A stretch of 64,000 nucleotides of DNA from the human T2T-CHM13v2.0 reference genome, Homo sapiens, in assembly GCF_009914755.1 (NCBI RefSeq), contig NC_060940.1, one strand, 5' to 3'. Shown in pieces: positions 1 to 18,499 of the stretch (position 1 is its first letter; each line of letters starts with the position of its first letter). The position numbers and the translations under genes were made by a program. The notes under the pieces were generated by a model. It saw only the letters and a program-made list of their open reading frames with translations, made no database searches and had not been told where the DNA came from.

Positions 1-20
1 TGCTGGCAGCACCAGCACTT

Positions 21-113
21 CTGCGCAATCAGGCCAAGAAGAAAATGGGGAGGGGACCCCGAGTGTGTGACAATGACAGGCCCCAGCCTGGGGCTGGGAG
101 ATCCCTCGCTGTG
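21..113 (+). repeat. Local direct duplication, copy 1 (partner 1144-1225)
   Basis: CAGGCCAAGAAGAAAAT...GTGTGTGACAATGACAGG...GGCTGGGAGATC recurs at 1144-1225. Confidence 0.9.
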
Positions 114-117
114 AATG

Positions 118-178
118 GTGATCACATCACCGCACTCCAGCCTGGGTAACAGAGTGAGACCCTGTCTCTAAAAAAAGG
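118..178 (+). mobile_element. Alu 3'-end fragment
   Basis: CACTCCAGCCTGGG...GAGACCCTGTCTC plus A tail. Confidence 0.85.
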
Positions 179-214
179 CAAACAAAAGAACCCAAAATAA
201 ACAGAAAGAATGAC

Positions 215-741
<527 letters not shown>

Positions 742-797
742 GTTATCATGAGTTTCAAAACAGCAACAGCAGAGCATTCAGCCAAGCACCGGGCCCT

Positions 798-1070
798 TGT
801 TTGAGGCAGGGTCTGGTTCTGTTGCCCACACTGGACTGCAGTGGTGCAATCATGGCTCACTGCAGCCTCAACCTCCTGGTTCAAGTGATCCTCCTGCGTC
901 AGCCTCCCAGGTAGCTGGGACTACAGGGACATGCCACCACGCCGGGCTTTTTTTTTTTCTTCCGGCAGAGACAAGGTCTTGCTATATTGCCCAGGCCGAC
1001 CTCAAACTCCTGAGTTCAAGCAGTTCTCCAAAATGCTGGGATTACAGGTCTGAGCCACCAATCCCTGCCC
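798..1070 (-). mobile_element. AluJ
   Basis: Diverged antisense dimer. Confidence 0.9.
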
Positions 1071-1143
1071 TGGGCCCTCCTGAGCACAGGACATACCCGT
1101 CAAGCCGGCCCTGACTCCTGCCAGGAACTAGTTGATTACAGTG

Positions 1144-1225
1144 CTGCGATCAGGCCAAGAAGAAAATAGGGAGGGGTGTGTGACAATGACAGGACCCAGC
1201 CTGCGGCTGGGAGATCTCTCTCTGA
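1144..1225 (+). repeat. Local direct duplication, copy 2 (partner 21-113)
   Basis: Same sequence as 21-113 with small indels. Confidence 0.9.
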
Positions 1226-1439
1226 GGACTGACACTTGCTTTGGGCCAGGTTCCCGGGAGGTGGCGAGGAAGGGCCTGACTCCGACCCCCTCCTTCTGTA
1301 AGCAGCGCCTGCGCCCCTCCAAAACTCAGCCTTCCGTCTCCTGTAGGAAGCCTTTAATCTCCCAAGCTGGTTTCAGCGCCTCCCTTACCTGAGGACTTAT
1401 AACACTCTACCCTCATCCCTTTGAATGTTTCTAAATAAA

Positions 1440-2150
<711 letters not shown>

Positions 2151-2199
2151 CCCCCTACAACCTAAAAATGAAACTGTAGATGTTAGGATGTGCCTGTCC

Positions 2200-2305
2200 C
2201 TGTGCCAAGCATGTCACCTGCTTGATCTCACTGAATTCTCACAATCATCACCTGCCCCATTTTGCAGGTGAGGAAACTGAGGCCCAGAGATACTAAGTAA
2301 CTGCA
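2200..2305 (-). mobile_element. MIR
   Basis: CCCCATTTTGCAGGTGAGGAAACTGAGGCCCAGAGA core. Confidence 0.8.
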
Positions 2306-2493
2306 GGATCCTTGAGTACCCCTTCAAAAATACCTGGTTCCTATCTCACTGCTCCAAAGTCCCCCACGATGCCACTGGCTCTCTATTCCAGAACTCCAAT
2401 CGTCATTCAACCCCAGAGCTTACCAAACTTGAGTCAGTATCATTTTTCCTCCTGTTCACTTTCTTTGCTTAATATTTTTCTTCTAAAACCACT

Positions 2494-3420
<927 letters not shown>

Positions 3421-3844
3421 AAACCGCTAAGCAAGAGGCCTTAGCCACACACCTGGAGCGCTCAGACGCAGAGACGTTCAGGTTGGGCATGAAAGAGCTT
3501 TCGAGAATCTGATGATCCTGGGAGCATCAGGCACTGGTAGCTTTAGGCAAATCGGTGTAGGAAAATATATCTCCCCTCAAAGGTAAATCAGGGAGTGATA
3601 TTTGACTTGCAAAACGATTCACAAATAAGCCGGTGTTTCAGCATGAAAATCTCATTTTTTTTTTAATCCTCTAGTCATTTTCTCTTTTTCCTTCTTTCTA
3701 AGCAAAGAGCCTGCTGCTCCTACTCACTGCCTTCAGGGAGAGGGGCAACGAGTAGGCAGCACCAACACTGTTTGTGCCTTTGGTTTCTGAAACCCTAGAT
3801 AAGGAGTTGGCACCTATATCCTACAAGCCAAATCCCACCACTGA

Positions 3845-4125
3845 CTTTTTTTTTGAGACTGAGTCTTCGTCTGCTACCCAGGCTGGAGTGCAGTGATGTA
3901 ATCTCATCTCACGGCAACCTCTACCACACGGGTTCAAGCGATTCTTCTGCCTCAGCCTCCTGAGTAGCTGGGATTACACCACGCCTGGCTGATTTTTGTA
4001 TTTTTAGTAGAGGTGGAGTTTTGCCATGTTGGCCAGGCAAGTCTCAAACTCTTGACCTCAGATGATCCGCCCACCTCGGCCTCCCAGAGTGCTGGGATTA
4101 CAGGCGTGACCCACTGTGCCTGGCC
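3845..4125 (-). mobile_element. AluS with TSD CACCACTGACTT
   Basis: TSD at 3836-3847 and 4129-4140. Confidence 0.95.
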
Positions 4126-4261
4126 CTTCACCACTGACTTAAAAAAAAAAATTCTGGTAAGAACAATTAACTCGAGGTCTACCCTTTTCACAGATTTCTA
4201 AGTGTACAATGCAGTACTGTTAATTATAGGCACTATGTTATACAGCAGATCTCTAGAACTT

Positions 4262-4563
4262 TTTATTTATCTATTTTTTTGAGACAGGGTTTTGCTCTGT
4301 CACCCAGGATGGAGTGCAGTGGTGCAATCATGGCTCACTGAAGCCTCGAACTCCTGGCCTCAAGTGATCCTCTCATCTCAGCCTCCCAGGTACTTGGGAC
4401 TGCAGGCACATGCCACAGTGCCAGGATAATTTTTTAAATTGCTGTGTAGAGACAGGATCTCGTGCTGTTCCTCAGCTGGTCTCAAACTCCTGGCTTCAAG
4501 CAATCTTCCCACCTCGGCCTCCCAAAGTGCTGGGATTACAGGTGTGAGCCACTGTGACCGGCC
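4262..4563 (-). mobile_element. AluJ
   Basis: Full antisense dimer. Confidence 0.93.
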
Positions 4564-4581
4564 TTAGATTGTATTCATTTT

Positions 4582-4902
<321 letters not shown>

Positions 4903-5113
4903 TTATACCTGTGGAATAGCAACTCCCCATTTACCTCACCCCTCACCTCTGGCAACCACCATTCTACTCTGTTTTTGTGAGTTCGACTGTTGTAGATGCC
5001 TCGTATGAGTGGAATCCTGCGGTATTTGTCTTTCTGTGACTGGCTTCTTTCCCTTTCAGCATAAAGTCCTCCAGCTTCATTCATGTCACGCACATGTCAG
5101 AGCTTCCTTCTCT

Positions 5114-6093
<980 letters not shown>

Positions 6094-6444
6094 CTGTTCC
6101 CTTTTAAGAGTGAATAATATTCCACTGTATCACTCTACCATGTTTTCTTTATCCACTCATCAGCTTCTGGACATCTGAGTCGCTTCTGTATCTTGGCTAT
6201 TGTGAGTAGTGCTGCAATGGATATGCAGATCTCTTTCTGAGGTCCTGAATTTGATTCTTTTGGATCCACACCCAGAAGTGGGACTGCTGGATCACGTGGT
6301 GGTTCTGTTTCACTTTTCGAGACAACTCCATGCTGTTTTCTATCGTGGCTACACCGTCTTACATTCATTCACACCACAGTGCACAAGGGTTCCTTTTTCT
6401 GCCCAACGTTGCCAACATTTGTTGCCTTCTGGGTTTTTATTTTT

Positions 6445-6737
6445 CATTATTTTTTTTGAGATGGAGTTTCCCTTTTGTCACCCAGGCTGGAGTGCAATGG
6501 CCCAATCTCGGCTCATGCAACCTCCGCCTTCTGGGTTCAAGCGATTCTCATGCCTCAGCCTCCTGAGTAGCTGGGATTACAGGTGTCCGCCACAATGCCC
6601 GGCTACTTTTTGTATTTTTAGTAGAGACAGGGTTTCACCATGTTGGCCGGGCTAGTCTTGAACTCCTGACCTAGTGACCCACCTGCCTCAGCCTCCCAAA
6701 GTGCTGAGATTACAGGCGTGAGCAACCGCGCCTGGCC
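6445..6737 (-). mobile_element. AluS
   Basis: Antisense dimer. Confidence 0.93.
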
Positions 6738-6976
6738 ACCTTCTGTTTGAGAATGGCCACCCTAATAGGTGTGAGGCCATAGCCTACTGTTCTTTGGATT
6801 TGCATTTCCCTGCTGAGTGGCGTCAAGCACCTTTTCATATGCCTCTTGACCATTCATTTGTCTTCTTTGGGGAAGAGTCTGCTCAGGTCCTTTGCCCATT
6901 TTTGGAGCTATTTGGTTTTTTGCTATTGGGTTGTAGGAGTTCTTTATATATTTTGGATATTAACCAACATATATAC

Positions 6977-7945
6977 AGGGGAAGGTGGGGGAGGCAGGAG
7001 GGAGGGAGGGAGGGAAGGTGGGAGGGGAAAAGGCATGGCAGGGAAGGCAGGGAGGAAAGCAGGAGGGACAGAGGGGAGAGTAGTAGAAGGGGGAGGGAGA
7101 AAGGGAGAGGGAGGAAGGGGGAGGAAGGAAAGCAGGGGGAGGAAGAAGAGGAGGGAGAAAGTGGGGAGAGGAGGGGGAAAGTGGGGAGAGGAGGGGGAAA
7201 GTGGGGAGAGGAGGGGGAAAGGGGGGAGAGGAGGGGGAAAGGGGGGAGAGGAGGCAAAGAAAGGGGAGGAGGGGGAGGGAAAGAAAGGGGAGGAGGGGGA
7301 GGGAAGGAGGAAGGGGGAGGGGAATGAAAGCAAGGTGGGGGGCAGAGAGGGGAGGGGGAAGGGGAAGAAATGGGAGGAGGGGAAGGGGGAGGGGCAGAGG
7401 GAGGAGGGAAGGAGGAAAAGAGGGGGAGGGAAAGAGGAAAAGAGGGGGAGGGAAAGAGGAAAAGAGGGGGAGGGAAAGAGGAAAAGAGGGGGAAGAGGGG
7501 AGAGGTAGAGGGAGGAGGAGGAAGGGGGAGGGGGAAGGGGGAAGGAAAGGGGAAGGGGAGGGTAGGAGGGAGGACAGGGAAGGGGAAAGGGGAGGGGGAA
7601 GGGAGGAGGGGAGGGGGAAGGGAGGAGGGGAGGGGATGGGAGGAGGGGGAGTAGGGGGAGGAGGGAAGCGGAGGAGGGAGAGGAGGGAAGGGGAGGAGGG
7701 GGAGGAGGAGAGAGGGACGAGGAGAGGAGGGGAGGGGAGAGGGAGGAGGAGGGGAGGGGAGAGGGAGGAGGAGGGGAGGGGAGAGGGAGGAGGAGGAGAG
7801 AGGGAGGAGGAGGGGAGGGGAGAGGGAGGAGGAGGGGAGAAGGAGGAAGAGGGGAGGGGAGAGGGAGGAGGAGGCGGAGCGGAGAGGGAAGAGGAGGGGA
7901 TGGGGGAGGGGAGGAGAGGAGGATGGGGAGGAGGGAAGGAGGGAG
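6977..7945 (+). repeat. ~970 bp GA-rich polypurine low-complexity/minisatellite tract
   Basis: Almost only G and A; internal 20-mer (AGTGGGGAGAGGAGGGGGAA) x5 and 22-mer (GAGGAAAAGAGGGGGAGGGAAA) x3-4. Confidence 0.97.
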
Positions 7946-7989
7946 TAGTTTATTTCATTTACCCATCTGAGTAGCCCAAGGTTGGAACT

Positions 7990-8070
7990 GCATTCTGTTG
8001 ATGGGGAAACGGAGCAGTTAAGTAACTTACCCAAGGTCACACAGCTGACAGGCTGAAACAAGATCCAGTG
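7990..8070 (-). mobile_element. MIR fragment
   Basis: GTTAAGTAACTTACCCAAGGTCACACAGCT. Confidence 0.75.
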
Positions 8071-8945
8071 TGACACTCAAACCGAAACCGCTACACTCAA
8101 AACATGCTATGCTTTAATGATGTTACATTTTTCTAAGTTTAAGATTTTGAAAAGTTGTGCGTGTACATGCTCACCAAAAGGCAATGAACAAATCTGTGTC
8201 CTGCTCTCAACCCCAAGTCCCCTAACCACGAAGTTTCACTTCCACCTCCACAAGTAACATTTCACCATTCAGTGAGTAGCTGTAGTTTATGCAATGTAAG
8301 CTCACAGGAATATATTCTCACGTCCTCCCCTTTTTACACAAAGAGGTATACTTGCTTTGTGCATACTTGCTTTTCTTACCTAATAAAGCTTGGAAATGCT
8401 TCCTCCCTGGTTTTTCACAGCTGCATAGCATATGCGGTTATACAGATGGTGCCATTTATTTTTAACTAGTGCCCTACTGAAGGGGGTTTAGGTTGTTTCA
8501 ATCTTTCGCTTTTACAATGTTGCAAAAAATAACCTCAGAGGTAAATAAGGTCTCACAAGCCCCAGTTTATCTGTAGGATTACTGCTGGGCTGCAGACCAG
8601 CTGGGACAGAGGATTTCTGCATTGGTAATTTGGACAGATATTGGCCAAGGAGACCAGGTTCATATACAACTCAGCCCAAATTCCAAAGCCAAGAGTGGGG
8701 GGGGGGGGGGCGGGGGGTTGGGTGGCAGCAGAGACCCAGGAGACACAAGGACACACATCCCCTCTCTATCTCCTCCAGTCCTGCCACCATCTCACCGCTG
8801 TCAGCTTCCTTTGAGCTTTCCTGTGATCACAGAACAGTGATGACCCCATGTCTTAAACGCACAAGATGAAATAGCACACAACCCTAACAAGTGAGGAAGA
8901 CAGAAGGAAAAGGGCACCAAGATTCATTAAAAGGGGGCAAAGCGG

Positions 8946-9245
8946 GGCCGGGCGCAGCAGCTCACGCCTGTAATCTCAGTACTTTGGGAGGCTGAGGTGG
9001 GCAGATCATTTGAGGTCAGGAGTTTGAGACCAGCCTGGCCAACATGGTGAAATCCCATCTCTACTAAAAATACAAAAAGTAGCCGGGCATGGTGGCAGGC
9101 ACCTGTAGTCCCAGATACTTGAGAGGCTGAGGCAAGAGAATCACTTCAGCCCAGGAGGCAGAGGTTGCAGTGAGCTGAGATGACACCACTGCACTCCAGC
9201 CTGGGTGACAAAGTGAGACTCCATCTCAAAAAAACAAAATAAATA
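8946..9245 (+). mobile_element. AluS
   Basis: Full dimer. Confidence 0.95.
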
Positions 9246-9974
9246 AAAATTTAAATTTAAATTTAAAAAGTGGGGGAGCAAAACGGGAAAACATGCCAGA
9301 GAAGGGCAGCCCCCAGCATCCCTGTCCATCCCGCAGGGATGACAACATGGAACAGGGGAGGGTCTCAGACTTCCCCAAATAAACTGAGCCATGAACCGAG
9401 GACCCTGAGGCACCTGGGCCGCTCTCTGGGCATTCCCTAATCAGGAGGGTACTTGAGGCAGCCGGTCCCCTGTGCCAGAGCCCCGTGCATGGGGTTTCAT
9501 GTGCATTATCCCAGCTAAGCCTCCTGGCCACCCATGAGGTCAGTCCTATTATTACCTCGTCCTCCGGAAGAGGACACAGGTGAGATTCCTGCTGGAGCCA
9601 CACAAATCACTCCGCAGAAAGACAGTTTGGATAATCAGGACAACATATCATTAGCAGGACATTTGAAGCGGTGCGTAATCGTGCTAAAAATATTAATTTG
9701 GAAAGAATCTTGAGGCAGCCAAATTTCCATTCGAATCCTCACCTCCTTTTACAATAGTTTTGGGAGCAGGGAAGGATCTGAGAGGGAATGTGCCATCTCT
9801 AGCACTTTTTTAATGACATACATGTATTTTTTATTCCACAAAGTGAATGCAGGCTTATTGCAGACAACTTGGAACATAACGGAGAAAAATGAAATCCATA
9901 AACCTACCCCCCAGGGGAGGCCTCTGTTAACCCCATGGTAGGTCGGCTGTTTTCAGCATGTGTGTGCTTTAGAA

Positions 9975-10100
9975 TACGTTGATTGAAATATAACATATGT
10001 GCAGAAAAATGCATGGATCATAAATGTATAGCTTGATGGAATTTTCGGGCAAAAACTCCCATGTAACAAGCATCTGGATCAAGAAATGGAACATATGAAA
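9975..10100 (-). mobile_element. L1ME/MD 3' fragment
   Basis: GAAATATAACATATGTGCAGAAAAATGC...ATAAATGTATAGCTTGATG. Confidence 0.6.
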
Positions 10101-10128
10101 GTGTGTGTTTTTTTGTCTTTCAAATTAA

Positions 10129-10422
<294 letters not shown>

Positions 10423-10454
10423 ACCAATGTGGTTTTTAAACAAAATCAGGGCCC

Positions 10455-10655
10455 TATGGTGTTGTGAGCCCAATTATATTCCCCAAAAAGATATGTTGAA
10501 ATCCTCACCCCAGCTACCTGTGAGTGTACCCAGTGGGCCTGCTGGACAACTTGATTTCTGTCTTCTGGTCTACAGAGCTCTGAGAAAATCCATTACTGGT
10601 GCTTTAAGCTGCCCTGTTTGTGGTGATTTTTTACAACACCCCTAGGAAACTGAAA
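10455..10655 (+). mobile_element. MLT1B/C-like LTR, internally deleted
   Basis: CCCCAAAAAGATATGTTGAAATCCT 5' end and TTTAAGCTGCCCTGTTTGTGGTGATTT...CTAGGAAACTGA 3' end. Confidence 0.7.
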
Positions 10656-11318
10656 CGCGTGGGTACAGGCAGCTTAATATTTTTTCCTGATTATGAAAGT
10701 CACCAAGTTCACCTCTCACCTGGACACACGTACCAGCTCCTGGAGTGATCTAAGAATGTCATCTTGCACAGCCGGTGACTGCTGCAGACACATCAAATGA
10801 TGTCAGCTCTGCACCATGCCCTGTGGCCTCGGGGACAGCGAGCAGACCATGGGTGTTGGGAAGGAGGGCCTGGGAGGGGGAGCAAAGACCCCACTGACAG
10901 GAGCAGGGTAAGGGGCCTGGCTCCTGCTATTTCCTGGCCAGGCTGACCCAGTCCTGCCTCCCAGTCTTTGCCCCAGGCTCCTCCTCTGTCCATCACAGGT
11001 AGAGCCATTGCTCTAGTGCTGGCTGGGTCCCCTTGGCCCCAATGGGTGGCCCTGCCTTTCCTGGCACCTTGGTCCTGTAGTGGGGGGCACCCCAACCCAG
11101 CCCCATCTGCACCCTGGAACCCTCTGAACCTGAGAGGCGGTGGGTTGGTATTTTCACATCCTAAGTGAACAGATATAAGCCCAGGTCATAAGTTTGCTGG
11201 TTCAGAGACATGAGAAGGGCTCCACAGTGAGGTTAGCAATAACTTTGGCTTTCCCAAGAGCTAAAAAGGCTGCCTTGAGGCTCTGGGACTAGTTGAGAAT
11301 GGGCTACCAAGAAGATCA

Positions 11319-11450
<132 letters not shown>

Positions 11451-11688
11451 TCAGGGGGCAGCACAAATATTTGGCATCTTGTCTGGAAACCCAAAGACCT
11501 GAGATGAGGAAGAAGAGCTAATAGATCAGCAGCAGTGGCTGAGGATGGCCCAGAGTTCACATCTGTCCATAGAAAGGCAGCAAGGGGTGATGTTTGAGGC
11601 TGGAGCAGGAGGGAGGCAGGTGACCTGGGGAGTGTGTGGCCTTCTGCAGTCTGGGTGCATTTTCTCACCCACTGTCTGCGTAGGTGAC

Positions 11689-12047
11689 GGATATGGTTTG
11701 GCTTTGCGTCCTCACTCAAATCTCATCTTGAATTGTAATCCCCACATGTCAAGGGAGAGACCAGGCGGAGGTAATTGGATCATGGGGGCAATTTCCCGGT
11801 ACTGTTAGGATAGTGAGTTCTCATCAGATTTGATGGTTTTATAAGGGGCTCTTGCCCCCCGTCACTCGGCAGTTCTTCCTGCCACCTTGTGAAGAAGGTG
11901 CTTGCTTCCCCTTTGCCTTCCATCATGATTGTAAGTTTCCTGAGGCCTCCCAAGCCATGCTGAACTATGAGTCAATTAAACCTCTTTCCTTTATAAATTA
12001 CCCAGTCCCAGGCAGTTCTTACAACAGTAGAAAAATGGACTAATACA
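11689..12047 (+). mobile_element. THE1D-like solo LTR with 5-bp TSD GTGAC
   Basis: GATATGGTTTGGCT...CAAATCTCATCTTGAATTGTAATCCCC...GGACTAATACA; GTGAC at 11684-11688 and 12048-12052. Confidence 0.92.
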
Positions 12048-12319
12048 GTGACACTCTCAAGAGTAGAATGCCAGGGACATTTTCCCAAGCCCAGAGGTGA
12101 GGGCCGCCTCCCTCCTAACAAGACCAGGCAGCCCAGGACGGGGAGGAACCCCCGGGGCAAGTCTGTGCCCATTTTGGGCAGGGCCCTGGCAGGGAGTGAG
12201 GCAAACCTAAGCCCACATCTGCTCATCACTTCCCCTGCACCTCCCCAGCAAGGCTCTGCCCAGCAGATCTTGGCACATTGTCAGCACTCAACAGATATTT
12301 GTTGGATGTGTTGCTGGCT

Positions 12320-12655
12320 GGATAAATAGGTGGATGGACAGACAGACGAATGGATGGATGGATGGATGGATGGATGGATGGATGGATGGATGGATGGATG
12401 GACAGGCAAGCAGAGACATGGAGAAACAGATGATTAGATGGATACACAGGTGGATGCATGGGTGGATAGACGAATGGATAGATGGATGAATGCTTTATAA
12501 ATAAATGGCTGGATTATATGGATGGATAAGTGGATGGATAGATGACAAATGAAGAGACAGATGAATACATGCATAGATAAATGAATTAATAGATGGATGG
12601 GTGAATAGATCAATGAATAGATAATAGATAGCCAGACAGACAAACGGCTGGATGG
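12320..12655 (+). repeat. (GGAT)n/(TGGA)n degenerate microsatellite following an L2 3' end
   Basis: Pure GGAT run 12350-12401 decaying on both sides; L2-like CACTCAACAGATATTTGTTGGATG upstream. Confidence 0.9.
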
Positions 12656-13262
12656 TTTTGGAAAACTTTAGGACAGAGAAGGACAACTCACTGGTCCAAG
12701 GTGCAAACTGGGTGTGGTAGGAGCAGCCCAGTATTAAGGTGAACCTCATCACCCAGCAGGAAGAGCCCTGGGGAGGGGATTTGGGCAATTCACACACCTG
12801 CAATTCACACCCCAGCCTTTGCTCATGCTGTTCCCTCTGCTTGGAAGGTCCCCTCTCTACTTCTCTGCCTACCCAGATCCCCTCAATCTCTTACAACTCA
12901 TCTGGGGTTCCTGTGCGTCCAGGAAGTTCCCTGATCAGCCCTCTTCCACCTAGCCTGGTGTTGGAGGGTGGTCAGGTTCCCTCCTGCAACACCCCTCATT
13001 TGCTGTGCACGTCACCCTGGATTGGATGGGCTGTTTACTCCTGATACCCCAGGGGACCATGGGCACCTCTAGGGCTGACGCCCTGCCTGGCTTCTTTCTC
13101 CATCCCAGCACTGGGCCTGGCACACAACAGATGCTCAGGAAACATCAAACCAAAGCAAGCGAATGGAGGAAGGGATCCTGTTCCCCACTCCTCCAGCTGT
13201 ACAGATACTGTAATTTGACTAGAAATACACTTGCCCAGCTAAGCCTTAAAAAACAAAATCAG

Positions 13263-13720
<458 letters not shown>

Positions 13721-14393
13721 GAAGCAGACTCAAATAAAAAATACACAGTCCCAAGCTTGTAGCTTGATGAACCAGAAAAGCTTCACACACGTGTAGCACC
13801 TCATGATTCACAAAAAGCCGCCTCCTGGGCCAGCTATGCAAACCTGTCAGAAGGGCCATCTTTGCTAAGTGGGAAAGGAGGCCCAGAGCTAAAGCCACTT
13901 GTTCTGGGTCACACTGTGTGTAGGGACCAGGGCTGGGGCTAGAGGTACAGGGACCTTACCCACCAGGCTCAACATCCCCCTTCTGACCACTTAGTGTCTT
14001 TCGGGTCAACAGAGTATCCACGGCTGGGCCTTCCTGAAATGGAAAAGACTGATTTCCCCTCCTGGAAGAGGTGAGGAGGCTCAGAGAGCCTGAGCCGCCT
14101 GCCTGGGCTCACACAGCTAGGAGGGTGAGATGTGACTTAAGGGCAGGCCTGGGACCTCAGGCCAGAGTAGAGGCTTCACCCAAGAGCCGTGGGCAGAGCA
14201 GAGCAGAACCATGGGGTTCACACGGAGCTGCTCCAGTGGCTCCTGAGCAGAGTGAGGTCCCTGTTGAAGGGCACCTGGATCCCTGAGGACTCACAGCCAG
14301 GCAGCTGGGCAACCTGTGCCTGAGTCCCAGGCTGCCCCATCCTGGGCATGAAAGACAAGCCCTCTCCAGCAGCATTGACAAGACACCCTTCCA

Positions 14394-14683
14394 GGGCCAG
14401 GCACGGTGGCTCACACCTATAACCCCAGCACTTTGGGAGGCCAAGGCAGGCAGCTCACTTGAGGTCAGGAGTTCAAGACCAGCCAACATGGTGAAACCCT
14501 GTCTCTACTAAAAATACAAAAAATTAGCCATGTGTGGTGATGCATGCCTATAATCCCAGGTACTCAGGAAGCTGAGGCAGGAGAATCACTTGAACCTGGG
14601 AGGCAGAGGTTGCAGTGAGCTGAGATCACGCCACTGTACACCGGCCTAGACAACAGAGGGAGACAAACAAACAAACAAACAAA
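14394..14683 (+). mobile_element. AluS with (AAAC)n tail, TSD ACACCCTTCC
   Basis: TSD at ~14383 and ~14683. Confidence 0.93.
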
Positions 14684-14714
14684 CACCCTTCCTAACTGCT
14701 TAGCTCAGATTTTG

Positions 14715-14860
14715 GGGTCGGATGGACATGGTTTCAAATCCCAGCTCTGCCACTTGCGAGCTCGATGAGCCTCATCTAGCTGAGCCCCCCACTGTGTGTC
14801 TCTAAAGCAGCAGTAATAACACCTGCTGCAGGGCAGTCATGCCAGTCACGTGAGATCATA
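14715..14860 (+). mobile_element. MIR
   Basis: GGTTTCAAATCCCAGCTCTGCCACTT. Confidence 0.65.
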
Positions 14861-15403
14861 TACTCAAGCGCCAGCCACTGAGCCCAGCAGAGGGTAGGCA
14901 TCGCCATCCTCACCACCAATAGCCCCTCACCAGACCAAAACCCCACAAAGAGGGTGCAGACTCAGAGCTTGCTGCAGGGTGGGATGAAGAACAAAGAGTA
15001 AGTTTTCTGTGTTACCCCCGCTTCCCAAGACGATGGGGATGCTGGAGGTTCTAGGTGCAGACGGGGCTGGGTAAGGATTCTCCCCCACAGGACTGAGTGC
15101 CAGGGAAGACAGATGCACATGTCGAGACCAAGGGGACCCAGGAGCAACAGAACAACAGCTTCCCCTGTGACGGAGAGAGGAGGGACATCAGGCAAAGATC
15201 AGGGGGCAGGAGCTGGGTCAGCCTGGCCAGGAGAGAGAAGAAGCCAGGCCCCCTTCTCCCCTCCTGTCAGTGGGGTCTGTATTCCTCATGCCAGGGACTT
15301 CCCCCCGACTCCCCTGGTCTATCCACTGTCTCCCCAAAACATTCAGCACCAATTCTTGCCACCCAACAAGGTTGAATATCAACCCCAATGGGGCTATATT
15401 TGA

Positions 15404-16019
<616 letters not shown>

Positions 16020-16319
16020 TGATGCTCCTACTTGCTAGCAGTGGCTTGGGGCCAGTTGCTCAGCCTGCTAACTTTAGTTTTCTCTTCTGTAAAGTGGGGA
16101 CTAAATATCCTGTAACAGGGGTCACATGCCATAACAGCACAGCACCCAGGGCACGGTGAGTGCTGCGTAGTGTGAGCCGAACGCGGGCTGCTCAGGGTCA
16201 CCAGGGCCAGCTCCTTGGGCCCCCAGCAACAAATACTTCACTTTCCGCCCCCCTCTCCCCGACAATGATCCGCCCGCACAGCCGCTCTGGAGAAGAGCTT
16301 GTCTGTTTCCTGAAAACTG

Positions 16320-17615
<1,296 letters not shown>

Positions 17616-17634
17616 TTAAAAAATGACATGCATG

Positions 17635-17815
17635 GTATGATGTCGGCAATTCGCTTTGAAATACTCCAGCCAAGAGAGGGAAGAGGCCGGAGAGGGAGCC
17701 TGCAAAGAGGTGAAACTAGAGTGGTAAAGTGCTTCTGCTGCCGAAGCAAGGGCGGGGATGCCGGAATGACGGCTCGGTCTTCTCCACTGTGCATTTTTGA
17801 AATTTTCCATAATGA
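17635..17815 (+). mobile_element. L1M extreme 3' fragment, CpG-rich
   Basis: TATGATGTC...GCTTTGAAATACTCCAG...TTTGAAATTTTCCATAAT. Confidence 0.6.
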
Positions 17816-18499
17816 AGATGTAACTCTACCAAGCCGATATGCATGGGTGGGCTCACGTACACCCAGACACCCGCACGCAGGCATGCACCGGAGCGCTGAC
17901 TCACGCTGCTCAGCCCAGGAATTCTTGCAGACGGCTGTGTGTCCACATGTGCGGTAAAGCAAATAAATAACGCTTAAACACCCTCGTGGAATCTGGCCAC
18001 GCCAGGTCACATGTGTGTCAGGACACCTGCAGGGCAGGGCGGAAAGGGGTCCAGGGCTGCTTTGAACTTCCTGGAAACTGGGTGGGGTGGAGTTGGGTAA
18101 TGACTATGATGGCTCACAATGGGACAGGGTCATAGGGAGGGGAAAGCTCCCAAGAAGAGGTGGCATTCGCAGCACAGGCTCCCTGGGCTGCCCCAGAGTC
18201 GGGGGCTGGAGAGGAGTGGGCTTCTGGGCCAGGGAAGGCTGGGAGTGGGGACGTCACTGCAGGGGGGCCGAGAGCCCTCAGTGTGGTGAGGGGACGGGAG
18301 GGGCTGTGGTGGTCACTCCACCTGAACCCCTTGATGGCGCCATTATTTCAGGATTTTTAAATGATGACTTAACCTCGGGGGAAGCACTTACTTGCTTGGG
18401 GCTTCAGTTTTGTCAACTAGAAAATGGGCCTGATGACAACACGAATCTCACAAGGTTGCCTTGACGGTCAGGCGAAGTGGCTATGGCCGTGCCCGGGGC

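Noticed and set aside
6977-7945. SVA hexamer/VNTR
   Set aside because: No regular CCCTCT array, Alu-like domain or SINE-R.
6794-8076. Long ORFs (397, 257, 220, 177 aa) rich in P/S/L or G/E/R/K
   Set aside because: Artefacts of the stop-free polypurine tract; open in many frames on both strands.
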